Shown: positions 52,962-64,000 of the stretch, piece after piece
How positions within the stretch are numbered: position 1 is the first letter of the stretch
Layout of the letters: each line of letters starts with the position of its first letter
Origin: Utricularia gibba
Taxonomy: Eukaryota > Plantae > Magnoliophyta
NCBI GenBank assembly: GCA_002189035.1
Contig: NEEC01000002.1
Span: 6,634,001-6,698,000 of the forward strand
Direction of reading: 5' to 3'
DNA: 64,000 bases
Made by a program: the position numbers and the translations under genes
The notes under the pieces: generated by a model
What the model saw: only the letters and a program-made list of their open reading frames with translations
The model's database searches: none
What the model was told of the DNA's origin: nothing

Positions 52962-53722
52962 CGTCAGGGCTCCAGAAACATTGTGTTGGTGAATGGCCTT
53001 TTCGCTTGCAGAATGGGCATGAATCTCCAGTACTTGGTTTCTCAATTTTTGCTTGAAAGATCACCGGTTCATTTGATGATTGAGAACCATAGCCTTTCTG
53101 ATTTTCTGTTGCCTTGAAGGCAAGTTCCTGGCCTTCACCAAGTCCGACTTCAACTTCGGATTCACTGAGTCTTTCTAGTAGTTTTCTGGAGGATATGGAG
53201 TGAATGCCTGTGACCCGCAAAGTAGTGACTACAGGGGCAAAGGACCGCGGTAGGAACTGAGTATTTTTGATTTAATTCTTCTGTCTTCCAAGGGCTCTCC
53301 CAAGGTCTGTAACTCAGTGACAATTTTGATTAGCGTTTCTGAAAAATGAGAGATACTCATACCTGGTAAGAATTTCAGGTTGTCAAAGAGCTCCCATTGA
53401 CGTTGAATGCGGCTCTCACGGGCTTCCGTATCCTCTCCGTAGAATTCCTCCAATTTTTTCCAGATGTCTTTGGACTTTTCAGTAGCATAACACGGTTGAA
53501 CACTTCTTCAGATAAGGCTTGATCCAGAGCATACTTAGCTTTCTTTACTTGAGCATCTGTGAGTTTGAGACTTTCTGCTGTGGCTATTTCAGAGGAGTCT
53601 GGACGTACAGGATCCACCACAGACCATAAGTCGTTCATTTGCAGGTAACTTTCCATTCGTACTGCCCAAGAAGCGTAGCGCTGACCAGTGAAGATTGGAG
53701 GAGCTTGTTGGAGGGCTGCCAT
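52681..53722 (-). CDS. Copia gag plus start of protease (element orientation)
   Basis: MAALQQAPPIFTGQRYASWAVRMESYLQMNDLWSVV, UBN2-like segment, CPFCKRKGHSPTQC and CLYCSLQGHVDKVC knuckles. Two 1-bp slips (53469-53471, 53253-53254). Confidence 0.9.
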
Positions 53723-53769
53723 TCTGAGAGACTGCAATGATAAGAGGAGATGGGAGTCGGTGAAGTATC

Positions 53770-53787
53770 TTCACGTCGGGTTCACCA
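53770..53787 (-). other. Primer-binding site complementary to the tRNA-Trp 3' end
   Basis: Minus strand TGGTGAACCCGACGTGAA directly abuts the 5' LTR. Its complement TTCACGTCGGGTTCACCA matches the 3' end of plant cytosolic tRNA-Trp(CCA) as recalled from memory, and is not the tRNA-iMet PBS TGGTATCAGAGC. Confidence 0.8.
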
Positions 53788-54233
53788 TAAAAGTATTTTT
53801 GGCTGCTTGATTTTGTTGGAGACTTGGTTGAACGTTGAGAGAATGTTGAAGTTTGTGGATATTGACTATTGTTTTTGGATCGAAAAGAACTTTCCTTTTT
53901 TTTCATAAAGCAAACAGGGATTTATATAGATGAGGAGAGTTGCCCGTTGGATCATATCAGGCCTAAAATATGACCGTTGCCATTAGTCTGTAGATTAGTC
54001 CTCTTGTTCATCTACTGTGTAGCAGCCAGAATTTACTAGGACTTCTTTCATGGACTGGGCTTCAGATGCTTCTTCTTGGGCCAGTAGTTTGGAATGTTGA
54101 GGCCCAAGTATGATAAGGCCTTTTTCCCAATCTAATTGAGGGTTGCTTCTCATGGGAGGAACAGAGGTCGCGCGCCATTCATCTTCGCGGGTTGAGACTT
54201 CCCGGATCTTCGTTGCTCCACCACTTGCTGACA
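53788..54233 (-). repeat. 5' LTR (446 bp), TG...TA termini
   Basis: Minus strand begins TGTCAGCAAG at 54233 and ends ATACTTTTA at 53788, followed by the PBS. Confidence 0.97.
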
Positions 54234-57200
54234 GATGAATCGTAAACAAGTCCTGGGTTTAAAGCTTTGTTTGGATCGATGTGTCCAGCTCCAATCCCCA
54301 GGGGAGTCGCAGCTCTGTTCTGGAATCCTAGATCTTTGATCGGGGTTCGGGTGTTGTCGAGTTGGTAGGCGGTGGTCATGATGGCGGATCTGATCGCCGC
54401 CGGCGACCAATCACGATGGACTGCCCTGATTAGGGCAGCGACTCCTGCTGCATGGGGACACGCCATTGATGTCCCTGAAGCTATGTTGAACTTACTGAAG
54501 AGATTTCTAAAGTCTATCTCTTTTGCTAATAGTGAAGCCGGGGGCCATGCTGCTATAATCATGTCTCCGGGAGCCATAATATCCGGTTTCAGAACATGTG
54601 GGCAACTCCTCGACGGTCCACGGGCGCTGTAGGATGGGAGCTGCGGCGCCGGGCGGGTTCCGGTGACCGTTCCCCCGAAGTGTGAAAATCGTGCGTTTGG
54701 GTCAGGGGAGTTTTTTAAGTAATCGAGAATTTTCCGGCCTTGCTCCGGCGAGAGAAACAGCGCCGGATACGGAACACGGATTCGAGACGATAAATCGCCG
54801 TCAGCAGTAATGAAAACGCCGGCGTTTACGCCGGAATCTTGAACGCAATATATTTGAATTCCCAATAACCCATCGGAGTCAGAGGAGCAAACAGCAATTT
54901 TGTGCTGCTGTTTTCTCAGCAAGTCCTCGTCGTCACAAGTCGCCATAAGAACAAGAGGAAGCTCAGCAGAGGAGTGGTTTCCGTAAAACAGAGAAAGCCC
55001 ATCTATGGCAACACCGTTGCCGAGAGTTATCGTTCCCCTGAATTCCCGGTCCATGACAGCCGCCGCGACGGTGAGAACCCACGGCGTTCCGTTATGCAGA
55101 GACGCAGAATTCGGGCCATCGTTCCCGGAAGAAGTTACGACAAAGATACCTTTCTCCATAGCAGCGAAGGACGCAATTGCAATCGGATCAGTATACAGAG
55201 GATGATTATCGAATCCCAAAGACAACGATATCACATCGACGCCATCTTCAATCGCTTGATCAATCGCAGCAATTATGTCAGATGCTGCAGAACCCTCCTC
55301 CCACACAGCCTTATACATGGCTAATCTAGCTTTAGGCGCCGCGCCTCTGGCGTCGCCGGAGCCGTACCCGAAAAACGAAGTTCCCGGAACGACGCTCCCC
55401 CCGCAGTGGACGAAGTATGGGTACCGTGGCCATCGGAGTCGCGAGCGGAGTTCATCGAAATCTTCAAATTGCGATTTCCGGCGAGGAGCCCGCGGTTGAA
55501 GTAACGAGCTCCGATGAGCTTTTTGTTACAGGTGGAGGAATTAAACATCACCCCTGCTTGGCATATCCCTTTCCATCTCAACGGGATTTCTTTCATTCCT
55601 CCGTCTTTAAAGCTATCACTTTCCGGCCATATTCCCGTATCCACGACTCCGATGATCACATCATCCCCGTAATTAGAATCCGGCCACACCCCAGCACCGG
55701 AATTCAATCCCAGAAACTGGTAAGAATGAGTCGTATCCAACCTCACGCTGGAATCCTTGATACAAGAAACAAAACCAGGGGAATTCTTAACAGCTTCAAG
55801 CTCCGAAGAAGAGAGAGCTGCACTAAACCCACTAATGGCGTGAGTATAAGAATACACCAGCTTGGAAAGGGGTCGATCCGTGACAGAGGCCACGGTGTTC
55901 AAGTGCCAGTTTTGATGATCGGAGTAGGCCCTGGGCATGGCCGATCCGTCCATGAAGATAATGTAAACCTCCGCCTCCGCAGAAGTAGACGTCAAGTACC
56001 CATTTGCCTTCTGCAAGCCGAGGAGAGAAAGAAGCAGCAGGAGGCGGGGAGAAAGCCCGGAAGCAGCATGGCAGCGGTGCTCCTGATTGCCGGTGCACAG
56101 ATTCTGTGAATAATTCACTAATCAGAGAACAGGTGTCGCTGTTGTGCTCCGATGACCGGGATAATGCTTTTTCCAAAAGCCACTCACCGCGTGTGCCGTG
56201 TCCACATTGAACTCAACTCACCATCTTCCTCCCCTGTCGATCATCCCCATTCCGGCCAAAAACTGCCCTCCTTTTCAACCATGAATGCCTCCAATCAACA
56301 AGACGTCCTCCTCTCGTCTCCCCTGGTAACACAAACCTCACATGAAAACCTAACACATTTATAAAATATTTAATTAATTTCATAATTAAAAATATAATAT
56401 TTTCTTTTTGTCAACAAAAAAGTTGTCTATTTTGGAAAAAGAAAATACCGAGTAGAACAAGAAAGTCATATTAAAAATTTATTTAATCACAACTATTTTT
56501 CTAATATTCTATATAAATTAAATTATAATTTTTTATTAAATATATTACCACTAATTTCTTTTTAAATATATAATTAATAATTATTATTATAATGATTCAC
56601 TTTATTCTTGTACTCTCTGTTTTGAATATCAAAATTTTACGATTTTATATTATTTTCTTTCAAGAAAAAACATCATTACAAAATTAGATTCATTTTATAT
56701 AAATTGTATCTTTATTTCATTCATAATTAATGTGGGATTCACTAAAATTTATTAAATTCTCACAATAATATAGATATCATTTCAATTTTCTATTTATAAC
56801 TACTTTTATTATTAAAAATTAAAACACATATATTTATTGATCAAAAAATCTTTTTAAATAACATTTTTACAAAATATATTCGATCTTTCTAATATTTTTA
56901 TTTTTATATAAATTAATCTCATACACTTCAATTTTATTATACTCATTAACATTAATATTTTTTTCTTTTTTCCATTCCTCTACACGACTCATCTCTAGGG
57001 GTCATTCACAAAAGTAAACATTATCATATTCGTTTACCTAGTCAACAAAATACGTCTAAGGTGGCTATTTTTTTTATATAGTGTATAACACATGTCCAAA
57101 TTTCTAATTCATCTCATTTTTAGGTCTTCCAATCTTGTTTCTCATTTCTGGAAATAATTTCTACTTCAAATGTATGTATGGTTACTACGGACCATAAGTC

Positions 57201-58786
57201 GGTCCGTAGACAATAAGGAGAAGGATTCAATCGATACTATATTTAGACCATAAACCTTCAATTGATAGATGTGGGATGGAGGAGGAGAGTAGATCCAAAA
57301 TTGGAATGCAAACGACGGGATGGGATGGGATGGGATGGCATGTGTGTTGGATGGCATGCATCACGGGAGAGTAGAAGAGAAAGAGCACCCCGACATAAGA
57401 TGTGCTAATACATCCAAACGACTGTAAAGGACATTCACATGCACCCTTTTTCAACCTAGATCCTTGTCTTTTTTATATATATAAATATTTCATAATAAAA
57501 AATATTCGATTCAATCATTATTGAATTTATCCATTGAACTATCCAAATTACAAATTCATATTTTTTGTAAGGAAAATTAAAAAAAACAAATAATTCAACG
57601 ATGATTAAAATTACTATCCAATTTTACAAACCACGAAACGTGCATACAAATGATTTATGATTTTGTTAGATATTTAAAAAACTGTAAATATTCTGTTAAA
57701 TAATAAAATTTTCAAGATATCTAATTATTGTTGTGACATCATATTCTATAATTTGAAGTTTTGCTTCAAATTATATAGAATAAAATCAGTTTTAGATTAC
57801 ATGAAAATAATCAGTTTAAGATTATAAAACTATTTTGTGTGATAGCATAAAATTATATTATAAAATTTGATAAAGTGAAATATATATTGTAAAGTCTAAT
57901 ATATTAAATTATTATAGATTCTAATGTTATAATATAAATGTATTTTTAGAATAGATAAAAATTAAATAATATAATTTTTTTAACTAATATTTTATTTAAT
58001 TTCTGAAACGTAGATTCTAGGAATTCAATAATTTTTGAATATAATTACGAAATTTGAATTCCTGATTTTACGACAAAACTGGAAATTAGAATTTTCAAAA
58101 ATTAAATAGAATTATTTCAAAAAATTCATAACAGAACAGGTCCATGATTTGTTGTTAAACCCATGATTAACGTGTTGTAATAAATTAATCTGAAATTAGT
58201 AAATAAATTCCTCTATAATAATAATAAATGAATAAAAAGGAATTTATTGCTATTCATTTCTGATGCTTACGTCATAATGCCACGCCCTCCATTTGCAAAT
58301 CGATCGGTCAAATCGATGAGTTTTTCACCATAAATAGTACACGTTTTTTTGGGTGGGAAAAAACATTATTTTAATTGTTAAATAAAAAAATAGTAAGTAG
58401 AATGATCGTGGACTTGGGCCGCGGCCCATTATCCGGTCTTGTCTGAGAAGCCCACTTCATGCACGTGTGTGTAATATGAAAAATAATCTTATTTTTTTGA
58501 ATTCTGGTTTACAAGAACAAAAGTAGAACCTAACGAACAATTTCTTAATCTTGTGGGGGCGAAATACAGTGGTCCGGTTTGTGGGTAAATGCAGAAGATG
58601 TCTTGAAAAGCGGCGAAGAATCTTGAGGTCCACTGGGCATTGTCATCATCTGGGCTACTCTTCTAACCTCCATTATGCAATTGGTCCACCATGTCCGATT
58701 CTTTAGAGATTGGACCATCTTCCTTGTATTACAGAGCAAAATTCAAGTGTAGCTGCTGTGTATGGCTTTCCCTCTTCCATTGCTGC

Positions 58787-60696
58787 TTATAAATTTCCTG
58801 GGTCGTCGTCTCCCAGCTTGCTCTCATGGTTGCTGCAGTCGCCGCGCTCTGCGCTGGGCCTCCTGCCTCCTCGACGCTCCTGCAATGGATGGATGGATGG
58901 GTGAAGAGAACAATGGTGATACACAAGGTGATCGTGGAGACGGGCTCACATCACGGAATGGGTAGTCATCGGCTTCGAGCATGTGCACGACGTGCCCCAT
59001 TTTGGGTCGTTTTTGAGCGTTTGGGTCGACGCATCGTAGGGCCACCAGAAGGGTGCGTTTCAGTGATCTTGAAGAAGGTTTTTCCGGTAACTTGGGGTCG
59101 AGAACTCCCTCCGAGTTTCTGCTGGACACCATTGTTTTAAGCCAGTCCACCAGGCTCACCTGACATGGTTGCATCAGTTCAGTCTGGTTCAGTTCTGCTA
59201 TTTGAACCAGACATGTAAAAGGGAAAACTTTTGAGGTAGAAGTAATGCGTACCTCCCCTGAGGGGCGGCCGTAATCCACCGGATTTCTGCCGGAAATGAT
59301 CTCCATTATGAGGATGCCGAAGCTGTACACGTCGCTCCTTTCGTTAAGCATGCCAGTGCTGGCGTATTCTGGAGCAACATAGCTAAAGAAGACAAACTTC
59401 TGTTTCTCAGTGTTCGGAGAATAAAGACTGGATCTTTGTATCTGAAATCAACAAAGCTTGTTACCCGAAAGTTCCCATGACTCGTGTAGTGATGTAGCTT
59501 CTTTCTGATCCTAACAGCTTCGCCAGTCCGAAATCAGATACCTTCGCATTCCAGTTTCTGTCCAATAGGATGTTGCTCGATTTGATATCACGATGAACAA
59601 CTTTCGGTTCGAGGCATTCGTGTAGATAAGTTAACCTGAAAAGCTTTGAGCATTAAGTCACGAAACCAGTTCTTGCGCATTCATAAATTGCAGAGAAGAG
59701 GACTCTACCCCTTTGCAGTTCCAAGAATGATGTTCATCCGAATCTCCCAAGTAAGAGGACTCAGAGAGCCTACATCTCCATGAAGCCATTGCTCTAAGTT
59801 CCCATTGTTCACATACTCGTAAACCAACATCCTGACAAACAAGAAGATGAAAAATGTCGTACCAGAGAAATGTGTATACTTGGATGCTCCAAAGGCTACC
59901 TGTGAGCTCCTTCAGCACAGTACCCAAGCAATCTCACCAGATTCTTGTGACGAACTCGCCCTATTGCATCAACTTCAACCTTGAACTCTCTTTCAGCTTG
60001 ACCCCTGATCACGAGACACGAATATGAGAGAATTGGCATCAAACTGAAGGATCCATTGAGAGGAAGAGAGATCAGAATACCTGTTGTTGAGCAAATTCTT
60101 TACAGCAACGTTGGTGTTATCTTTCATTAACCCTCTGTAAACAATCCCATATCCACCTTCACCAATCACATTCCCATCATCAAAACCATTGGTTGCTTCT
60201 TCAAGCTCACGGAGGGTATACCAATGTCCCCATCCCAAATGGGAAACCTCCGGTCCAGCCATTCCCGTCGCCGGATCAGCCCCGAACGGGACTCCCCACT
60301 GACATGCGCCGAACCTGAACCCGACCCAGAACGAACGGGCTCCGGATAGGTTATCCGATGCCCTTTTCCGATCTCAATGTGGATCCTGTGGTCACTCGGA
60401 TCTTGCTCCGGGATTTGGTCGGAAATGGGCGGCGGAAGGAGTAGAGCCTCCGGTTTCCTTGTCGGGATTTCGAGAATTTCTCTAGAGACATTCGGGATAG
60501 CAGAGGTTTTTCGAGTCAACGAGAGGGAGGTCTTCTTATACCTCCTCGAGGTGAACCAGAGAGATATAAGGAAGAGAAACAAGACAATGGCGGCACCCAC
60601 GCCGATTCCAAGGACAACCCACAAACGCAACCCGAAAATAGAGGTCCTCTTGGATAGCTCATCGTTAAGAAACCCAGTTTTCCCGTCATCAGACAT
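58787..60696 (-). CDS. Single-pass receptor-like Ser/Thr kinase (At1g01540-like); apparent 1-bp frameshift at 60280-60283
   Basis: [25 protein letters not shown] motif, [86 protein letters not shown]. Confidence 0.92.
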
Positions 60697-61306
60697 GACC
60701 CTTTCCGCTTCTTCTCCTCAAACAACTCCGCAACTCAGCTTTTTCCGCCACATACACAACTCAGTAGAGCATAAAGAGTGGGAAAAAGAGGGACATTTGA
60801 CCAGAAGCAAAGGATTAACACACAGCAGAAAGAAAAACTTTCACTCCACCGGGCGACCCTTTGTGGGCCGCTGGATCCGAGGACTGGAGCAAGCCGTAGT
60901 GATGGGACTTTAGTACAGATTTAGTGCTGGAGTCCATAGCCGCCGCTCTTATTTTACTCCCAGGTCACCTTCTTCCTTCTTTTAATACCTCACAAACCAA
61001 GCAATCAATCTATATTTAGATTACATTAACTATACTTTCGAACCTTCTGGAATAAGTAATTATTTTTTAATTATTCTTAAATTATGTCCTAACAATTTTC
61101 GATCGATGTAATAGTGTTTTTTGAATAATTTTTTTTAAAAAATAACCTCCGCACAAGGTGGAAATAGTAAAAGTAATGGGGGAAAAATATAATAAACGAA
61201 GGTTGGGTTGCCGAAATAATTGAAGTGCAATTAGTTCAAAAATAAAAATAAAAAAAATCTACGAATGAGTGAACCGTGGATTTTACGGCGTCCCTCAATC
61301 GTCGTT

Positions 61307-63647
61307 TTATGTTCTGAGGCCTGTCGTTTTGCAAATGGGGCATACATTCTTAATCAGAAGCCATTGCTTGATGCAGTTGGTGTGAAACTCGTGGCCGCAG
61401 TCGAGTTTCCCGACGTCTTCTCCGGCGTTGTAGTCCTCCTGCATCAGAGGTCATCGGACATCAGGATATATATGTTGGAACGACTGCATGTATCGCTCGT
61501 CTTGATTCGATGCCACAAAAGGAGGATTGGAATGCTTACTCTGCAGATGCAGCAGGGCTCTTGCTCCGCCTCATGGACTAGGGTTATGACCTCTGCGTAT
61601 TTTCGATTCTTGAGGTGTTCGGCTATGGCTTCTTCACTGAGTCCGGTGCACACGTTCCCGATGCGCTCCCCAAGGGCCAATAGCTCCTGGGGGTACGGCG
61701 AGGGTTTTCAGAATATGAAAGAATTTTGGTGAAGATCAATGGTGGAGAGTTGTTTGTTACCTCATACGACATGTTGTCGACATCCATTCGCATATGGCGA
61801 TGTCGATCGTGAAGATCAGCCACGCCTAGAAGCACCGAGTGATCGAGGATCATCATGTCCTATGAAGAGTGAGCAAAGACCATGGAAGGAGTAAGAAACT
61901 AAGGTGTTCCAAGCGGCAAAGAGAAAGAAAAGGCACAATGAACCTCGAATCTCAGGCTCTCCCCTCGTCGCATGAGATTGAGAACACGTCGAATCTGCTA
62001 CGCAGAAGTGAAAAAAGGTAAGCATTCGATGATAGAAGTGGATTAGGATCGCAAGAAGGATCGGTTACCTCGGATATCATGGTTCTTCTTCCTTCAGCAG
62101 TGGGAGGTAAAGCTGTCATCGGTGGAGGCACGCCGAGAACACCACTACTGAGATGCCTCTCCAGCCGTGCTGTGGACACACTGGATGCGCGACGGGCACG
62201 GCGATCAGGTAGAGAAGGAATGGGTGCTGCAGCCTGAGGGGCAGGGGGGTTAATTTGCAATCCATGATTACTGCTGCTGCTTACCGCTCGCGGTCCAGCA
62301 CCTGATGGGTACGCATTAGCTCTCCGCATTTCCGACAGTCTATGGTGGTATCGGGAGCGAAGGGACATAAGAGAGGGTAAAACCGGAGAAGCTGCACTCA
62401 GACCAGCCCTAGGTGTTGATCCAACATTGCCTCCAAGTTGAAGATTTCCACTGGGTGCAGAGCTCCAGCTAACTGGCTGTTCGGGAAATTTTGAATCCCA
62501 TCGGCAGGAAGAAACATGGGATGTGAAATGGTTCTAGGGGCATTTCGAGATGCAATTTCTGGTTGAACAACAGCAGTATTCCCTCCTGGGGCAGAGGACC
62601 CGCTGCTAGTTCTCCTGCTCGATGCTGCCACCCACCTCGAATGGTGATTACCAAGTGATGGAGAAGGATGCAACAAGGACTGATGCCCATGATGGCTCCC
62701 ATTTCCCAATCCGGTAGCCTGGCTCATATCAAACAAATAGCCTTGAAGAGCTAATCCGGGAGAGTGCTCTGAGGAGGATTCCACATTTCCTGCACCAACC
62801 CCTGTTGAAAACTGACCTCCAGAACCATGATCTTGCAGATGAAACTGATTGGTGTTGAGGTTAAAGACCCTGCTTGAACTTTCTGCACGATCTGATGCAG
62901 CAATAACTGAGGAATTTGCAGAGCCAGGTCCACCGATCCTAATCCTCTGATTCAACCTTTCAACCCCGTTGCTCAAGACAAGCCTCTCATTCCCCGTTGG
63001 GAGTGGCAGGCTGATGTCATTCTCTGTAATTGGAGGAAACTGCCATTGACTTCTTTCAGTCCTTTTAGCGTAATCAGAACCTCTATGGGAGTGATCCACG
63101 CTGACTTCACTGGATTTCCTTTTATGAGGCGTGCGCTGAGTATCCAATGCACAGCCAGATATCAAGTTAGGATGATCAGAAGATCGGTGACCAAGATGAG
63201 ATGGCACAGTCGTCCGAGACACAACAGCATTCTCCTCTACATCTTCAAATCCTGCACTCGCATTAAGATCCTGAATAAGGGCTTCAGAGCTAGAAGCTTG
63301 TGAAAACACACATCCGCTCCTGTGATTGCTACCAGAAACATTCAGCACAGTATCCTGCTCTTGCTCTTGAAACCTCCTCTCTGAGCAAGAGTTTCTCCAC
63401 CCAATCTCTAGTTTTCCTTCATCTGAAACACCTGGAAATCTTGCAGCGGCAGAACTAGATTCCCCAAGCACCACTCAGCAGCTCTTCCACCAGGTGATGC
63501 CCAGAAATCTGATTTCCGGTTTTGTGAAGCAGCCTGCAAGGTCTCCCATGGCATTTGACAGTCCACTCCTGCATCATTCGGCATTGAACCATTCTCAGAA
63601 TGAAGACTATTAGCCATAGTGTCTACCAGACCCTTTTGTTTTTGCAT
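61307..63647 (-). CDS. RING-H2 E3 ubiquitin ligase, MBR/RHG1A-like; apparent 1-bp frameshifts at 63462-63465 and 62483-62485
   Basis: W.LGESSS motif, ISHPMFLP, DLHDRHRHMRMDVDNMSYE/ELLALGERIG.V.TGLSEE, EPCCICR/EDY...LDCGHEFHTNCIKQWLLIKNVCPICK. Confidence 0.9.
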
Positions 63648-64000
63648 CTTGGAACCTGAAAATACTTCATGTTTAGTGAAAAGTGAAAGCTTCTTGATCG
63701 CAAGCAGATGCTAAAGCCTTATGTTTACAGGCATATTTGAGCACATTACCTCTAGCAAAACAACATGAACACAATAAAACTGGAATCTTTTCAAGACAAT
63801 TTAACTCTTCCCTTTCAAAATCGGACCTCGCCCACACAAAAAGATCATCTTTTGAAAACAGAATACCACACAGAAGCTATTCAGAAATCCTAAACAACAG
63901 CCCAGTTTTCTGATTCCACTCCAGAAAACATAATCCAAAGGCGAAAACATGAACACCAAAAACAGAGAAACACAAAGGCCGGACGCCAAATCTTTTATCA

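Larger units (their letters stand above)
48346..54233 (-). mobile_element. Ty1/copia LTR retrotransposon, very recent, internally rearranged
   Basis: Two near-identical LTRs, 5-bp TSD (GATGA at 48341-48345 and 54234-54238), PBS, PPT, gag with two CCHC knuckles, protease (WFIDSGCSHH), GAG-pre-integrase/integrase (LRSDNGGEY, EQNGICERKNR), RT (YVDD), RNase H (ADILTK). The INT-before-RT order defines copia. The tandem knuckles and APPIFTG N-terminus suggest the Ivana lineage (inference). Confidence 0.97.
47914..56069 (-). pseudogene. Subtilisin-like serine protease (SBT1 subgroup), CDS split by a copia insertion
   Basis: Signal peptide, I9 prodomain (YIIFMD..AMP, YSYTHAISGFSA), GVVDTGIWPES (Asp), GHGTHTSST (His), SGTSMACPH (Ser). 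CDS stops at GLVYDSS (54234) and resumes in frame at 48345 (SQDYINLLC...DLNYPSF...FRRTVT...SPIVV) to TGA 47914. Also 1-bp slips at the ATG(G) and at 55397-55402. Confidence 0.9.

Noticed and set aside
53770-53787. tRNA gene
   Set aside because: Only the 18-nt 3' end including CCA is present. It is the PBS, with no cloverleaf upstream.
57185-57209. Perfect 9-bp hairpin CTACGGACC-N7-GGTCCGTAG as a Helitron 3' end or terminator
   Set aside because: No CTRR terminus at the expected distance on either strand and no other Helitron hallmark. One such stem in 64 kb can arise by chance.
57316-57341. (GGGAT)n microsatellite
   Set aside because: Short simple repeat with no further structure.
6168-63647. 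Calling the hydrolase, NAT, kinase and RING genes pseudogenes, or invoking programmed frameshifting
   Set aside because: Each break is a single base in a run, with intact motifs and splice sites on both sides. Sequencing-consensus error is far more parsimonious.
514-63989. Numerous 60-170 aa antisense or alternate-frame ORFs in the track (e.g. 1064-1522, 54902-55324, 55417-56109, 60377-60913, 61265-61732)
   Set aside because: They are shadows of real CDS on the opposite strand or frame, with no recognisable motifs.

Overview
Gene-dense plant (eudicot-like) nuclear DNA: 19 spliced or single-exon protein-coding genes in 64 kb, with short introns and very AT-rich spacers. Genes in order: TTC27, alpha/beta-hydrolase, mitochondrial RluA-type pseudouridine synthase, GH17 beta-1,3-glucanase, Dof factor, thylakoid processing peptidase, NAT transporter, MAPKKK5, CTC1, CRLC thioredoxin, MIZ1-like, patatin, DPH4, CGSC thioredoxin, COQ10, RID3, subtilase, RLCK kinase, MBR-like RING E3. 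The main unusual structure is a very young Ty1/copia element (48346-54233, 5-bp TSD) inserted in the subtilase CDS. It has non-canonical TG...TA LTR ends and an 18-nt PBS matching tRNA-Trp as recalled. Its PR-INT-RT core is inverted and bracketed by a 281-bp inverted duplication plus ~42 bp of mosaic filler, with no RT sequence lost at the break. Three genes from normally intron-poor families (GH17, Dof, MIZ1-like) each carry a 64-77 bp intron at an unexpected position, possibly recent intron gain. Eleven apparent frameshifts all sit in 1-9 nt single-base runs and are most likely long-read consensus errors, not pseudogenisation. Exon boundaries were read by eye and no database search was run.
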